DNA from: an uncultured Bacillales bacterium
GTDB lineage: Bacteria > Bacillota_I > Bacilli_A > RF39 > UBA660
Length of the DNA: 64,000 nucleotides
Assembly (NCBI GenBank): GCA_947564265.1
Contig: CANOBK010000004.1
Location: 69,583-133,582, forward strand
Reading direction: 5' to 3'
Positions 1 through 9,836 of the stretch are shown piece after piece. Positions within the stretch are counted from its first letter, which is position 1. Each line of letters opens with the position of its first letter. The position numbers and the translations under genes are program-made. The notes under the pieces are model-generated. The model was given only the letters and a program-made list of their open reading frames with translations. It ran no database searches and had not been told where the DNA came from.

Positions 1-1479
1 GTTACGATTATGGGGCACGTTGATCACGGAAAGACATCTTTATTAGACGCAATCAGAGCAACGAATGTAGCCTCAGGAGAAGCAGGTGGAATTACACAGG
101 CAATTGGAGCTTATCAAGTTGTTTGCAATGATAAAAAAATTACATTTATCGATACGCCAGGACATGAAGCATTTACAGAGATGCGTGCAAGAGGAGCATC
201 TGTTACGGATATCGTTATCATCATTGTTGCTGCAGATGATGGTGTTATGCCTCAGACCAAAGAAGCAATCGATCATGCGAAAGCTGCCAATGTTCCCATT
301 ATTGTAGCGATTAATAAAATGGATAAGCCAGGTGCCAATCCTGAACGTGTTTTAACCGAATTAGCAGAATATGGAATTACACCAGAAGAATGGGGTGGAG
401 ATACCATCGTTTGTAAGATTTCTGCAAAGACACAAGAGGGAATTCCTGAATTATTAGAAAATATCCTTTTAATTAGTGAAATGGCTGATTTAAAAGCGAA
501 TCCATCTAGATATGCAACTGGTACTGTTATTGAGTCAAAACTTGATAAACAAGTCGGAAGTGTTGCAACTTTATTAATTCAAAATGGAACGCTTCGGTTA
601 GGAGACCCAATTGTTGTAGGAACAAGTGTTGGTAAGATTCGAACACTAAAAAATGATAAGGGTCAAGATATCACAGAAGCTCTTCCTTCAACACCAGTAG
701 AAATTACAGGATTAAATCAAACGCCAATGGCTGGGGATAAGTTCATGGCTTTTGAAACGGAAAAACAGGCAAAACAAATCGCAGAAGAAAGGGCGACTCG
801 TGAGAAGGAACGTACAAATAATAAACCAGGAATGACATTGGAGGATTTATTTGGACATATCAAAGAAGGAATTCGTGAAATCAATGTTATCATCAAAGCA
901 GATGTCAATGGTAGTAGTGAAGCAGTTAAGAATTCCTTAGAAAAAATTCAAATCGAAGATGTTCGTGTAAAAATCATTCGTGCTGGTGTTGGAACAATTA
1001 CAGAAAGTGATGTAACTCTAGCAAAAGCTTCGAATGCGATTTTGATTGGATTTAACGTTCGCCCAACAGGCAATATTACAGATGCAGCCAAAGAAGCTGG
1101 CGTTGAGATCCGTACCTATGATATCATCTACAAATTAGTAGAGGATATGGAAGCTGCAATGAAGGGTATGCTTGAACCAATTTATGAAGAAAAAGTAACC
1201 GGAGAAGCTGAAATTCGTCAAATCTTTAAATTCTCAAAAGTTGGAAATATTGCAGGTAGCCATGTTCTAAATGGAGTATTAAAAAATGGAAGCGATGCTA
1301 GATTAATTCGTGACGGAATTGTTCTATATACTGGAAAAATTAAGTCTATTCAAAGAGAAAAAGATCAAGCAAAAGAAGTATCTAAAGGAATGGATTGTGG
1401 AATTACTTTAGAAAACTATCAAGACATTAAAGAAAAAGATATTATAGAAACTTTTGATTTAGTTGAAATTAAAAGATAG
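1..1479 (+). CDS. infB: translation initiation factor IF-2, C-terminal ~490 aa (5' end lies outside window)
   Basis: Frame open from base 1 ([17 protein letters not shown]1 motif, [12 protein letters not shown]); IF-2 G domain followed by the C-terminal domains; stop at 1477-1479. Confidence 0.95.
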   Translation, partial: VTIMGHVDHGKTSLLDAIRATNVASGEAGGITQAIGAYQVVCNDKKITFIDTPGHEAFTEMRARGASVTDIVIIIVAADDGVMPQTKEAIDHAKAANVPIIVAINKMDKPGANPERVLTELAEYGITPEEWGGDTIVCKISAKTQEGIPELLENILLISEMADLKANPSRYATGTVIESKLDKQVGSVATLLIQNGTLRLGDPIVVGTSVGKIRTLKNDKGQDITEALPSTPVEITGLNQTPMAGDKFMAFETEKQAKQIAEERATREKERTNNKPGMTLEDLFGHIKEGIREINVIIKADVNGSSEAVKNSLEKIQIEDVRVKIIRAGVGTITESDVTLAKASNAILIGFNVRPTGNITDAAKEAGVEIRTYDIIYKLVEDMEAAMKGMLEPIYEEKVTGEAEIRQIFKFSKVGNIAGSHVLNGVLKNGSDARLIRDGIVLYTGKIKSIQREKDQAKEVSKGMDCGITLENYQDIKEKDIIETFDLVEIKR

Positions 1480-1497
1480 TATTTAGGGGTGGTTGAA

Positions 1498-2205
1498 ATG
1501 AGAAATCCATATGAAATTTTAGGAATTGAACAAGATGCTACAGATGAAGAAATTGAGAGTGCTAGAAAATATCAGTTATTAGTTCAGTGTGGTAATGATG
1601 TCAATAAGAAAGATGAAAATGGAGAATATATACAAGAAGTAATCAATGAGGCAGCAGCTAATTTATTAAATCCTGAAAATAGGAAAGAAATTGATGAAAA
1701 AATAGGGAAAGGCATAAATTATCTTGTACCTTATGATTCCTCTTTACAATTACCATCACAAATTGTACTGACTAAAATCAATCATGAGTTAGTAGAACAA
1801 GTACCAAAAATTCAATTAAAGAGAAGTACTTTTGAAAAAAAGGTTAAACTTAGTAAATTTTTCTTGACTGTGTTAGAGAATCATAGTTTCATATATACAG
1901 TAGAAAAAGATGATCTTAAAGAGTATTGGTTATATGAATATTTCACCGATAGGGATACCTCAAATGGATTTAAAAGTGGAAAATGTCCATGGGATAATTT
2001 TGAAGTATTTACATGTGATGGTATTCTAGGAATTGCTTATCCGGCATACAGAGTATTTCCTATTTCTATTATAGAAAAGAAACGTATTAGTGATAGCACT
2101 TTAAGAGCAATACATCCAATTATTCAAAAAGCAGTTTATAATATGGGAGAAGAAATTTCTGAATTATTTGAAGAATATAAAGTAAAAAATAAAGGCAAGA
2201 GATAA
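1498..2205 (+). CDS. J-domain-like protein lacking HPD motif, otherwise uncharacterised
   Basis: N-terminus NPYEILGIEQDATDEEIESARKYQ resembles DnaJ helices I-II but no HPD tripeptide follows; ATG 1498 preceded by AGGGGTGG. Confidence 0.55.
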   Translation: MRNPYEILGIEQDATDEEIESARKYQLLVQCGNDVNKKDENGEYIQEVINEAAANLLNPENRKEIDEKIGKGINYLVPYDSSLQLPSQIVLTKINHELVEQVPKIQLKRSTFEKKVKLSKFFLTVLENHSFIYTVEKDDLKEYWLYEYFTDRDTSNGFKSGKCPWDNFEVFTCDGILGIAYPAYRVFPISIIEKKRISDSTLRAIHPIIQKAVYNMGEEISELFEEYKVKNKGKR

Positions 2206-2222
2206 AAAACTTGCCTTTTTTA
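2192..2222 (+). terminator. rho-independent terminator
   Basis: AGGCAAG (2193-2199) pairs with CTTGCCT (2210-2216), followed by TTTTTT. Confidence 0.75.
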
Positions 2223-2465
2223 ATGCCCAAAAATTTTTACCACAATTTCCCATATTTCTTTCGTATTTTGACTATATTTGTTTCTTATACTGGAAATATG
2301 AAAGGAAGGTGATAGGTAAATTTAGAAGAAAAAAGTAAACTATTCTTTTCAATAAAATAAATTAAAAATATAAAATTTACTCCTACAAGACTAAAAAAGT
2401 GAGGTGATAAATGACTAGTAGAAAAAGGGAAAATTTAATGTTATACTAATGCTGGTGGTGAATTT

Positions 2466-3128
2466 ATGTATACAGTATGTTTGGTAGAAGATGAGGTTGA
2501 TTTAGCCAACTTAATTGGAACTTACCTAGAGAAAGCTGGATATCAAGTAGTAAAATTTTCAAAAGGAAGAGATGCACTTTCTTATATTGGTTCTCTTTGT
2601 CATTTATGGATTCTTGATATTATGCTCTCGGATGATGTGACAGGGTATGATATTATTAAGAAAATTAGAGAAGTAGATACAACAACTCCCGTAATATTTA
2701 CTTCTGCAAGAGACCAAGACCTTGATAAAATTATCGGCTTAGAACTAGGTAGTGACGATTATGTAACGAAGCCATATTCTCCCAAAGAATTGGTTTTACG
2801 AGTAAATAACATTATTAAAAGGGTTTATCGGGAATCAGAAGCAAATAAAATTATGTATGAAGATTCTTATATTGTTGACTCTGAAAAAAGAATTGTTATG
2901 GAAAAAGAGAGTGAAATAAAATTAACAACTTTAGAATTTGATTTATTATTTCTCTTACTTACTAATAAGAATAAGACTTTCTCTAGAGAAGAGATTTTAA
3001 ATCTTGTTTGGGGAGAGGATTATTTTGGAAGTGATAGAGTTGTCGACGATTTGATTCGAAGACTTCGTAAGAAAATGCCTAAGTTAAATGTTTCAACGAT
3101 CTATGGATATGGATATCGCTTATTATGA
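2466..3128 (+). CDS. OmpR-family response regulator
   Basis: REC domain with acceptor Asp in LWILDIML; C-terminal winged helix (LTTLEFDLLFLLLTN...YGYGYRL); 4-nt overlap with downstream kinase. Confidence 0.9.
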   Translation: MYTVCLVEDEVDLANLIGTYLEKAGYQVVKFSKGRDALSYIGSLCHLWILDIMLSDDVTGYDIIKKIREVDTTTPVIFTSARDQDLDKIIGLELGSDDYVTKPYSPKELVLRVNNIIKRVYRESEANKIMYEDSYIVDSEKRIVMEKESEIKLTTLEFDLLFLLLTNKNKTFSREEILNLVWGEDYFGSDRVVDDLIRRLRKKMPKLNVSTIYGYGYRLL

Positions 3129-4405
3129 GAAAATATATTCAAAGTAAGCTAAGTAGACAATTAATTTTAGTTGTTGGAGCTGCCTGTATTGTAATTTTAT
3201 TATCCTTGGGTGTTATTCTACCAAAAAGTATGCTGCCTGTATATGAAAAAAACTTATACAATTATTTAAAACAACCATTAGAGTTAGTGTCTGATGATAT
3301 TGAGGAGAACCCGATCTCTCATGAAATCGCATACATTTATATGTATGAAGACGTAATTTCCGTTAGTGAAAATCTAAATGAAATCGTACGCTTTGCAGAT
3401 GTTTATAAATTAACGAATTATTTTACCGAAAAGTATGGAAAATTTATTTATAAAGCACATTTATATTATTATTATACGAGTGAATCAAATTCAGTAAAAC
3501 GTGTTGCCATAACAAATAACTCCTACATTAGGCAAGCACGAGAAGATGCCCTACATAGTGTTTTTCCTATCGTTTTTATCACGATGTTTGTGGTATCCTT
3601 ACTCCTTGTAATTTGGTCCACTAAAGTAGTTCGAAGAATTGAAAAATTAAAGAAAAAAATAGATCATATCGATGATGATACCTACAATCATCAAGTAAGT
3701 GATTCTGAACTCGATGAGATTTATTCTCTAGAACAAGCACTGGAAGATATGAGGCTTGGCTTAAAAAATCAAGAAGAATATCGGAATCAAATGTATCAAA
3801 ATATTTCTCATGACTTTAAAACACCGCTTACTGTAATTAAATCTTATGTGGAGGCTGTGGAAGATCAAGTGGAAGATGTAGAAAAAGCACTTCCAATTAT
3901 TAAAGAACAAACCTTAAAATTAGAAAATAAAGTTCACTCCTTACTTTACTTAAATAAACTTGATTATATTCGGGAAAGAAATTTGATACAGATGGAAGAA
4001 GTCGATATTAAAAGTATTTTAAATTCTTCGATTGAAAAATTTAAGTATCACAACAAAAATCTAAAATTTAAAGTAACCGTGATTGGAAATGCTAAATTCT
4101 ACGGGACTATTGATTCTTGGGAAACAGTAATTGATAATATTTTAAATAATTTTATTCGGTATGCTGAAAAAGAAATAAGAATTACATTAAGAAAAAATCA
4201 ATTGGTTTTTTATAATGATGGTCCAAATATTAGTTCTGATTTGATAGAGGGTATTTTTATTCCATTTCGAAAGGGAATTAAAGGAGAATTTGGTCTTGGA
4301 CTTTCCATTGTTAAGAAAACATTAAATTATATGCATTATGATGTTCAAGTAAAAAATCATGCCAAAAACGGTGTATCATTTATCATTACGAAAGAGGGAA
4401 AGTAA
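3125..4405 (+). CDS. sensor histidine kinase
   Basis: Two TM segments, H-box SHDFKTPLT, N-box NNFIRYA, G-box GLGLSIV; translationally coupled to the regulator. Confidence 0.9.
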   Translation: MRKYIQSKLSRQLILVVGAACIVILLSLGVILPKSMLPVYEKNLYNYLKQPLELVSDDIEENPISHEIAYIYMYEDVISVSENLNEIVRFADVYKLTNYFTEKYGKFIYKAHLYYYYTSESNSVKRVAITNNSYIRQAREDALHSVFPIVFITMFVVSLLLVIWSTKVVRRIEKLKKKIDHIDDDTYNHQVSDSELDEIYSLEQALEDMRLGLKNQEEYRNQMYQNISHDFKTPLTVIKSYVEAVEDQVEDVEKALPIIKEQTLKLENKVHSLLYLNKLDYIRERNLIQMEEVDIKSILNSSIEKFKYHNKNLKFKVTVIGNAKFYGTIDSWETVIDNILNNFIRYAEKEIRITLRKNQLVFYNDGPNISSDLIEGIFIPFRKGIKGEFGLGLSIVKKTLNYMHYDVQVKNHAKNGVSFIITKEGK

Positions 4406-4420
4406 CCTCTTTCTTTTTTT
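4391..4420 (+). terminator. rho-independent terminator
   Basis: AAAGAGG (4391-4397) pairs perfectly with CCTCTTT (4406-4412), then T-run; overlaps the kinase stop codon. Confidence 0.7.
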
Positions 4421-4461
4421 GGGGTTTTGTGCTATAATACAGAAATATTTTGGGGGTTGTT

Positions 4462-5235
4462 ATGGATAAAATTTATGATAATAAATGGGACGTTGTACTC
4501 GAATATCTTCCATTGGCGGAGAAAATGGCTAATATTTATCAAAATACTTTAATTTCTTATGATGATATGTATCAGGAAGCTTGTTTAGCAATTTATGATA
4601 GTATTGCAGATTATAAACCAGATAGGGATACTAGTCTTTTGACTTTTTTAACAAATAGAATTCGATATCGATATTATGATTTACTTGCGATTAATAAATT
4701 TGAAGTTTATGTTCCTCCTGCCTATTGTAGGGCGGCCTTTCGTCTTCATCGATTGCAACAAAAGGCTCAAATTTCAACAGGAAGTTATTTATCTAATCAA
4801 GAAGCAGGAGAAAAATTGAATCTTTCGGAAACAACGGTGGAAGTTTTGGGAAGTTTGAATCGTAGAATGCTTCGACATATGACATCTTCTTTATCTGATT
4901 TTTGTGAAGTTTTTTATGATGATATGGATGAAACTATGGACGAGAACAATGAGACAATAAAAAGAGTTTATGAAGAGTATGAAGAATTAATGAGAAGTGA
5001 TTTAGATATAGAAGAAGATTTCATTATGCAAGATTTTTTAGAATACGCAATTAAACAGATAGAATATCTTCCTGAGAAACAAAGACAAACTGTCCTATAT
5101 CGTTTGGGCTTTATTACAGGGAAAAAGGAAAAGTTTAAAAATATTGCGAAAATAATGGGTGGCGTTCATCAAAATGCCCAAAAACAGTATCATAGTGGAA
5201 TAAAAAATTTAAGAAAACTTATTTTAAATGGTTAA
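4462..5235 (+). CDS. sigma-70 family RNA polymerase sigma factor
   Basis: Region 2-like YQEACLAIYDSIADYKPD..FLTNRIRYR and region 4 HTH KNIAKIMGGVHQNAQKQYHSGIKNLR; ATG 4462 follows a GGGGG RBS. Confidence 0.75.
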   Translation: MDKIYDNKWDVVLEYLPLAEKMANIYQNTLISYDDMYQEACLAIYDSIADYKPDRDTSLLTFLTNRIRYRYYDLLAINKFEVYVPPAYCRAAFRLHRLQQKAQISTGSYLSNQEAGEKLNLSETTVEVLGSLNRRMLRHMTSSLSDFCEVFYDDMDETMDENNETIKRVYEEYEELMRSDLDIEEDFIMQDFLEYAIKQIEYLPEKQRQTVLYRLGFITGKKEKFKNIAKIMGGVHQNAQKQYHSGIKNLRKLILNG

Positions 5236-5240
5236 TTTAA

Positions 5241-5270
5241 AAAGAAGAAATTTATTTTTCTTCTTTTTTT
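5241..5270 (+). terminator. AT-rich rho-independent terminator
   Basis: AAAGAAGAAA (5241-5250) pairs with TTTCTTCTTT (5257-5266), then T-run; few GC pairs, so weak. Confidence 0.5.
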
Positions 5271-5312
5271 GATTTTAATATTGTATAATTTTAATAGGAA
5301 GAAGTTGATAAA

Positions 5313-6623
5313 ATGAAATATTATTGTATTGGAATCAAAGGAAGTGGGATGGCAACATTAGCGTGCCTACTTCATGATCTAGGACATACAGTTTCTGGTT
5401 ATGATGATACAAAGGAATGGAAATTTACTCAAGAGGGATTAGACAAACGAAAAATTTCTATTTATAGTGATTCCTCTTTTTTACCTGATTCAGATACCAT
5501 TTTTACTTGCTCAAAGGCATTTAGTGAGGATCACCAAGAGATTGAAAGAATGAAACAACTAGGAGTAAAAAGGAAGGCCTACAATGAAATTTTAGGAGAT
5601 TTGACAGATCAATTTCAAACCATTTCGGTTTCAGGAACTCATGGAAAAACGACAACTAGTTCTTTAATTAGTCATATTTTAAATTCTACTTATGGATGTA
5701 ATTATTTTATTGGGGATGGAACAGGTCATGCTGAAAAGAAAAATGATTATTTTGTCATTGAATCTGATGAATTTAATCGCCATTTTTTAGCGTATCATCC
5801 AACATATTCCATTATTACAAACATTGAGTTAGAACACACAGAATGCTACAAAGATATTGAGGATATTATTGAGACATTTGAACAATTTTCGAAAAATACA
5901 AAGAAAGGTTTAATTGTCTGTGGGGATAATTCTAACATTAGAAAAATTAAATTTGATAAAGAAGTTATTTTTTACGGTTTTGAAGAACAAAATGATGTTG
6001 TTGCAAAAAATATAAAATTAACAAAAGAGGGAAGTAGTTTTGATATATATATGAATGGGACTTTGTATGGTCACTTTGAAATTCCTCTTTTTGGAAATCA
6101 CATGATATTAAATACATTAGCGTGTGTGGCAATCTGTGATAAATTAGGAATCGAAAAAGATAAAATTCATGAATTACTTCTCACATTTCAAAATGCAAAA
6201 CGTAGGTTTGCTGAAGAGATAATTGGAGATACGGTGATTATTGATGATTATGCGCATCATCCAACCGAGATTAAAGTTACTTTAGAGGCTGCTAGACAAA
6301 AATATCCAGATAAAGAGTTAGTTGTTTTATTTAAGCCAAATACGTATTCAAGAACAGAAGCTTTTCCAAAAGAATTTGCAGAGGCATTAAATACAGCAGA
6401 TAAAGCTTATTTAACAGAAATTGATTGTAATCGAGAAAAGGCTAGTGATTATCCAGGAGTTTCTTCTAAGATTATTCTAGATCAATTAAAAAATGGAGAA
6501 ATGATTGGGGAAGAAACTATCGATAAGTTGGTATCCCATAAAGATGCAGTGATATGTTTTATGAGTTGTGCCAGTATTGCCCATTTAAAGGATCTTTATG
6601 AAAAATTGCTAAAACAGGGATAG
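5313..6623 (+). CDS. murC: UDP-N-acetylmuramate--L-alanine ligase
   Basis: N-terminal GIKGSGMATLA, Mur ligase P-loop SGTHGKTTTSSL, DDYAHHPTEI motif; length typical of MurC. Confidence 0.9.
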   Translation: MKYYCIGIKGSGMATLACLLHDLGHTVSGYDDTKEWKFTQEGLDKRKISIYSDSSFLPDSDTIFTCSKAFSEDHQEIERMKQLGVKRKAYNEILGDLTDQFQTISVSGTHGKTTTSSLISHILNSTYGCNYFIGDGTGHAEKKNDYFVIESDEFNRHFLAYHPTYSIITNIELEHTECYKDIEDIIETFEQFSKNTKKGLIVCGDNSNIRKIKFDKEVIFYGFEEQNDVVAKNIKLTKEGSSFDIYMNGTLYGHFEIPLFGNHMILNTLACVAICDKLGIEKDKIHELLLTFQNAKRRFAEEIIGDTVIIDDYAHHPTEIKVTLEAARQKYPDKELVVLFKPNTYSRTEAFPKEFAEALNTADKAYLTEIDCNREKASDYPGVSSKIILDQLKNGEMIGEETIDKLVSHKDAVICFMSCASIAHLKDLYEKLLKQG

Positions 6624-6636
6624 TAGGAGTTTAATT

Positions 6637-7326
6637 ATGATTTATCAACATAATCAAAGAAAAGAGAGGGATTTTAAGGAAGAATATAAAAATGCTCCTC
6701 AAGAATTAAATCAAGCAAATTTGGATTATCAGGAAGCAAAGAAAATGAAAGTTAAAAAATTCTTTCGATATATTATGATATTCTTTTTGATTTTTTTAAT
6801 CTATGTTTTTTTCCGAATGGGAGGAATTCAATTACCTCAAAAAGTAGATATTCAAGAAGGATACGAAATCTCCTTAAATCAAATGCCAATCGATTTTTCC
6901 TTAAAAAAGTATTATCAGAAAACCTATATTCCTTTTGTTTTAAGCCGAGTTGGAGACTTTACTTACTACTATTCTTCTGATGTAGATAATAAGTTTCTTT
7001 TCGAAAAAGATTTTCCTTTTGAAATGAAAAGATATGAATGTTATCAAGATGATAAAAAAGTTTCTTGTTATGATAATCTAGATGATTATGGGACAATTCC
7101 TAATATGTATTCAAAAGAAGCGTTGTCAACAGAAGAGTTTACTATGTCTATTTATCGAGGCAATTGCGGTATGAAAGATCTTCGGGTATATTCGGGAAAG
7201 ATTATTCGTAATTTATCTCCTTACTTAAAAAAAACTGGAGCCTATTGTATTCGTCTAGATTTACAGGAGGGAAAAGAAGAAACTCTCAGACTAGAATTAA
7301 GGTTTAAAATGGTGGAAGAAGATTAG
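6637..7326 (+). CDS. hypothetical membrane-anchored protein
   Basis: Long ORF with RBS GGAG upstream; single TM (FFRYIMIFFLIFLIYVFF); no recognised domain. Confidence 0.6.
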   Translation: MIYQHNQRKERDFKEEYKNAPQELNQANLDYQEAKKMKVKKFFRYIMIFFLIFLIYVFFRMGGIQLPQKVDIQEGYEISLNQMPIDFSLKKYYQKTYIPFVLSRVGDFTYYYSSDVDNKFLFEKDFPFEMKRYECYQDDKKVSCYDNLDDYGTIPNMYSKEALSTEEFTMSIYRGNCGMKDLRVYSGKIIRNLSPYLKKTGAYCIRLDLQEGKEETLRLELRFKMVEED

Positions 7327-7342
7327 AAAGTCTTATTCATAG

Positions 7343-7371
7343 AAAAAAAGATTCGAGTGAATCTTTTTTTT
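7343..7371. terminator. bidirectional terminator between convergent genes
   Basis: AAAAGATTC / GAATCTTTT stem around loop GAGT, flanked by an A-run and a T-run. Confidence 0.7.
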
Positions 7372-7373
7372 GT

Positions 7374-7925
7374 TTAAGATGCTTTTTCTTTTTCATTTAA
7401 TTCTGCTATCATAGAATCATAGTAGTTATTGATTCGATTCTGTAATGGAATGTCTAATTCTTCTGCCATAGATAAAATCTGTTTTTCGTAAAGTTCTGTT
7501 TGATTTTCTTCTTCTGATAAAATTTCAATTTCTATAAAATCGCCAAGCCGTTTTACTTGATCAATACAGATGTTAAATCCTTGATAGGTAGTTTCTATTC
7601 TCATTTTTTCAACAGTGACCCATTCCTTGAAACCAACCGTTTCTAAAAGGTCTTTGGCTTTATCCATATCACCAATTTCAAATTCAATCTCTTTATTTTG
7701 CATAATGACTTTCGATTGCTTTTTTAGCGTAATTATCTTTTTTTCGTTTTGCTTCCTTAATCGTATAAAAATTTTCCCCTCTCCATTTTCTGTGTCATTT
7801 AAATTAGGAACAAAAATGATATCTTTTTGATTTATAGGTTCTGAAAATTTACATTGAAGAGATTTTAGTTTTTTTAGAAGTTTTTCTGTGTTATTAATTT
7901 GAAATTTGATTTCAATTTCCTGCAT
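7374..7925 (-). CDS. CYTH-domain protein (CyaB-like class IV adenylyl cyclase / triphosphatase family)
   Basis: Starts MQEIEIKF (the ExExK-type motif of CYTH); alternating charged beta-strands FIRLRK, IEFEI, FIEIEI; ATG 7925 preceded by AGGAG; longer ORF start at 7982 has no RBS. Confidence 0.65.
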   Translation of the reverse strand: MQEIEIKFQINNTEKLLKKLKSLQCKFSEPINQKDIIFVPNLNDTENGEGKIFIRLRKQNEKKIITLKKQSKVIMQNKEIEFEIGDMDKAKDLLETVGFKEWVTVEKMRIETTYQGFNICIDQVKRLGDFIEIEILSEEENQTELYEKQILSMAEELDIPLQNRINNYYDSMIAELNEKEKAS

Positions 7926-8187
7926 GAGTTTTCTCCTTTCTTTCTTCTGGATGTTTCTTACTTTCGATATGTTGTAATTCAAATCGATGCCTTTGATCCT
8001 TATTTTCTACTTCTTCGATAAACATGGATAGAGGACGAATCCAGACTTCATTATTTCCATAGAGTCCACGGTAAATTACCATTTTTTCCATTGTTTCTGT
8101 ATGAGTTCCGATTCCTTCTACAATATAATAATCTCCTCCATAGTGACGATAGACACCTTTAATTTTAACGGTAGATTCCTGTTTCAT
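7912..8187 (-). CDS. DUF1653-family protein
   Basis: YRHYGGDYYIV...MVIYRGLYG...WIRPLSMF matches the DUF1653 signature as I recall it; overlaps CYTH start by 14 nt. Confidence 0.65.
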   Translation of the reverse strand: MKQESTVKIKGVYRHYGGDYYIVEGIGTHTETMEKMVIYRGLYGNNEVWIRPLSMFIEEVENKDQRHRFELQHIESKKHPEERKEKTHAGN

Positions 8188-8239
8188 ACTACTACTTCCT
8201 TTCTACTTATTTATTATATCATTTTTTTAGTTTATCAAA

Positions 8240-8800
8240 TTAGAAATGTGTTCTGATTTCAAAGATAATAATATTTTGATTATGAATTCCTACCGGGATA
8301 TCGTAATAGGCAAATTCAACAATTACATCGATTAGTTTGTGTTCTACTATATATTGGTAAATCTCATTAAATTTTGGAATTTCGTTTAATTTTTTATCAA
8401 AAATCGTTGTTTTTAAATTAAATTAAGGATTTTGTTCAGCCATCTTTCCTGTGAAATTTTGGTTGGTGGATGCAATGATCCAAACTTCATTATCCTTACT
8501 GATTTTGATATCTCCAATTAGTATGAGATGGGAAGTGTAGTTATAAGAACTGACATTAATTGAGAATAGGTCGAACTTTTTTTGTTCTTCTAACACGTTA
8601 TCTCTTGGAACTTTAAAATTATTTTTTTTACATCCAACGACATTTTTACTGCGAACTGCATAATAGATGGAAGGATAAGTTTCTAAAAAGTTTGAAATTT
8701 TTTCTTCTTCTCCTGAATGGAATAATTGTTCAGGAAATTGATTTAATTCTAGTTTTTTAATGAGTTCGATACTTTTTAATTTTGTTTTGACATCAAACAT
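8240..8800 (-). pseudogene. uncharacterised ORF interrupted by an in-frame TAA (8423-8425), continuing 60 more codons
   Basis: After ...MAEQNP-TAA the same frame stays open (FNLKTTIFDKKLNEIPKF...IIIFEIRTHF) to TAA at 8240-8242; no start codon near the head of the downstream part. Confidence 0.5.
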
Positions 8801-8905
8801 ACATTTCCTCCAATGATTACCACTGACATTTTAATGATTACTATTATTATACTATAAAAGGTGTTACAATGATAGTAAGTAAAACGAATAGAAAAGGTGA
8901 GAATT

Positions 8906-9802
8906 ATGAAGGTATTAAGTATTAGACAGCCTTGGGCAACCTTAATTGTAGAAGGATACAAGCAATTTGAATTTAGATCTTGGAAAACTAATTTTAGAGG
9001 AGTATTTTTAATTCATGCGAGTAGAGGAGTAGAATCTGAAAATATGGATAGGTTTCGTCACTTAAATTTAGAATATCCAACAGGATGTATTATTGGAAGT
9101 GCTGAAATTACAGATTGTATTAAAGTAGAAAAAAGATTTGAAGATGAATTAATCGAGAAAGATGAATTGGTTTATGGTGTCGTAAGAAATAGAAATGGGT
9201 ATGCGTTTCAATTAGAAAAAATTGAAAAATTTGAAACTTTGATTCCAGCAATAGGAAGTCTTGGATTTTGGGATTATTATGATGAGTTTGAAATTATGGA
9301 AAAAATGGAAAAAATTCGTTATGGTTGGGTAGATAAAAATGGAAAAATTCATGAAGGAATAAATTCCAATTTAAATGAGAATTACCGATTACAAAATCCA
9401 AAGGAAGTAATAGTAAGTAAGGTAGGAACTTGTTGGGATCAAGTGGAATTGGAAAGATTCTATTTTAATGGGCATGATATTAAAACTTATTTTTTAGTGT
9501 ATTATGATAATAAAAATTGTCCAACTCATACCTTTTTGACATTTAAGAAACAGGGGAAATATTATTGGTTTGAGCATAGTTATAAGAAATATCGCGGAAT
9601 TCATGAGTATCACTCAGAAAAAGATCTTTTGATCGATGTAAGAAGTAAATTTATTTTAGACGAACTAAGTAAATCAAGTGGTAAGTTTGATAAATACCAA
9701 TTAGTATTAAGAGAATATAAAAAACCGAAACCTCATATCACAATAGAAGATTTTTACAAGTATTGTGAAAAAAATATGTATATTGATTTAGACAGACTAT
9801 AA
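8906..9802 (+). CDS. ASCH-domain protein with uncharacterised C-terminal extension
   Basis: LSIRQPWATLIVEGYKQFEFRSW is an ASCH/PUA-like N-terminal signature; ~170-aa C-terminal part (GTCWDQVELERFYF...HTFL) unassigned; ATG 8906 follows AAAGGTGAG. Confidence 0.65.
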   Translation: MKVLSIRQPWATLIVEGYKQFEFRSWKTNFRGVFLIHASRGVESENMDRFRHLNLEYPTGCIIGSAEITDCIKVEKRFEDELIEKDELVYGVVRNRNGYAFQLEKIEKFETLIPAIGSLGFWDYYDEFEIMEKMEKIRYGWVDKNGKIHEGINSNLNENYRLQNPKEVIVSKVGTCWDQVELERFYFNGHDIKTYFLVYYDNKNCPTHTFLTFKKQGKYYWFEHSYKKYRGIHEYHSEKDLLIDVRSKFILDELSKSSGKFDKYQLVLREYKKPKPHITIEDFYKYCEKNMYIDLDRL

Positions 9803-9836
9803 AAAAATGAATCAAGAACGATTCATTTTTTAATGA

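Noticed and set aside
2223-2465. 243-nt spacer before the two-component genes, including a 12-codon ORF (MTSRKRENLMLY) with RBS GTGAGGTG
   Set aside because: It is too short to support. There is no attenuator-like alternative pairing or terminator that would indicate a leader-peptide mechanism.
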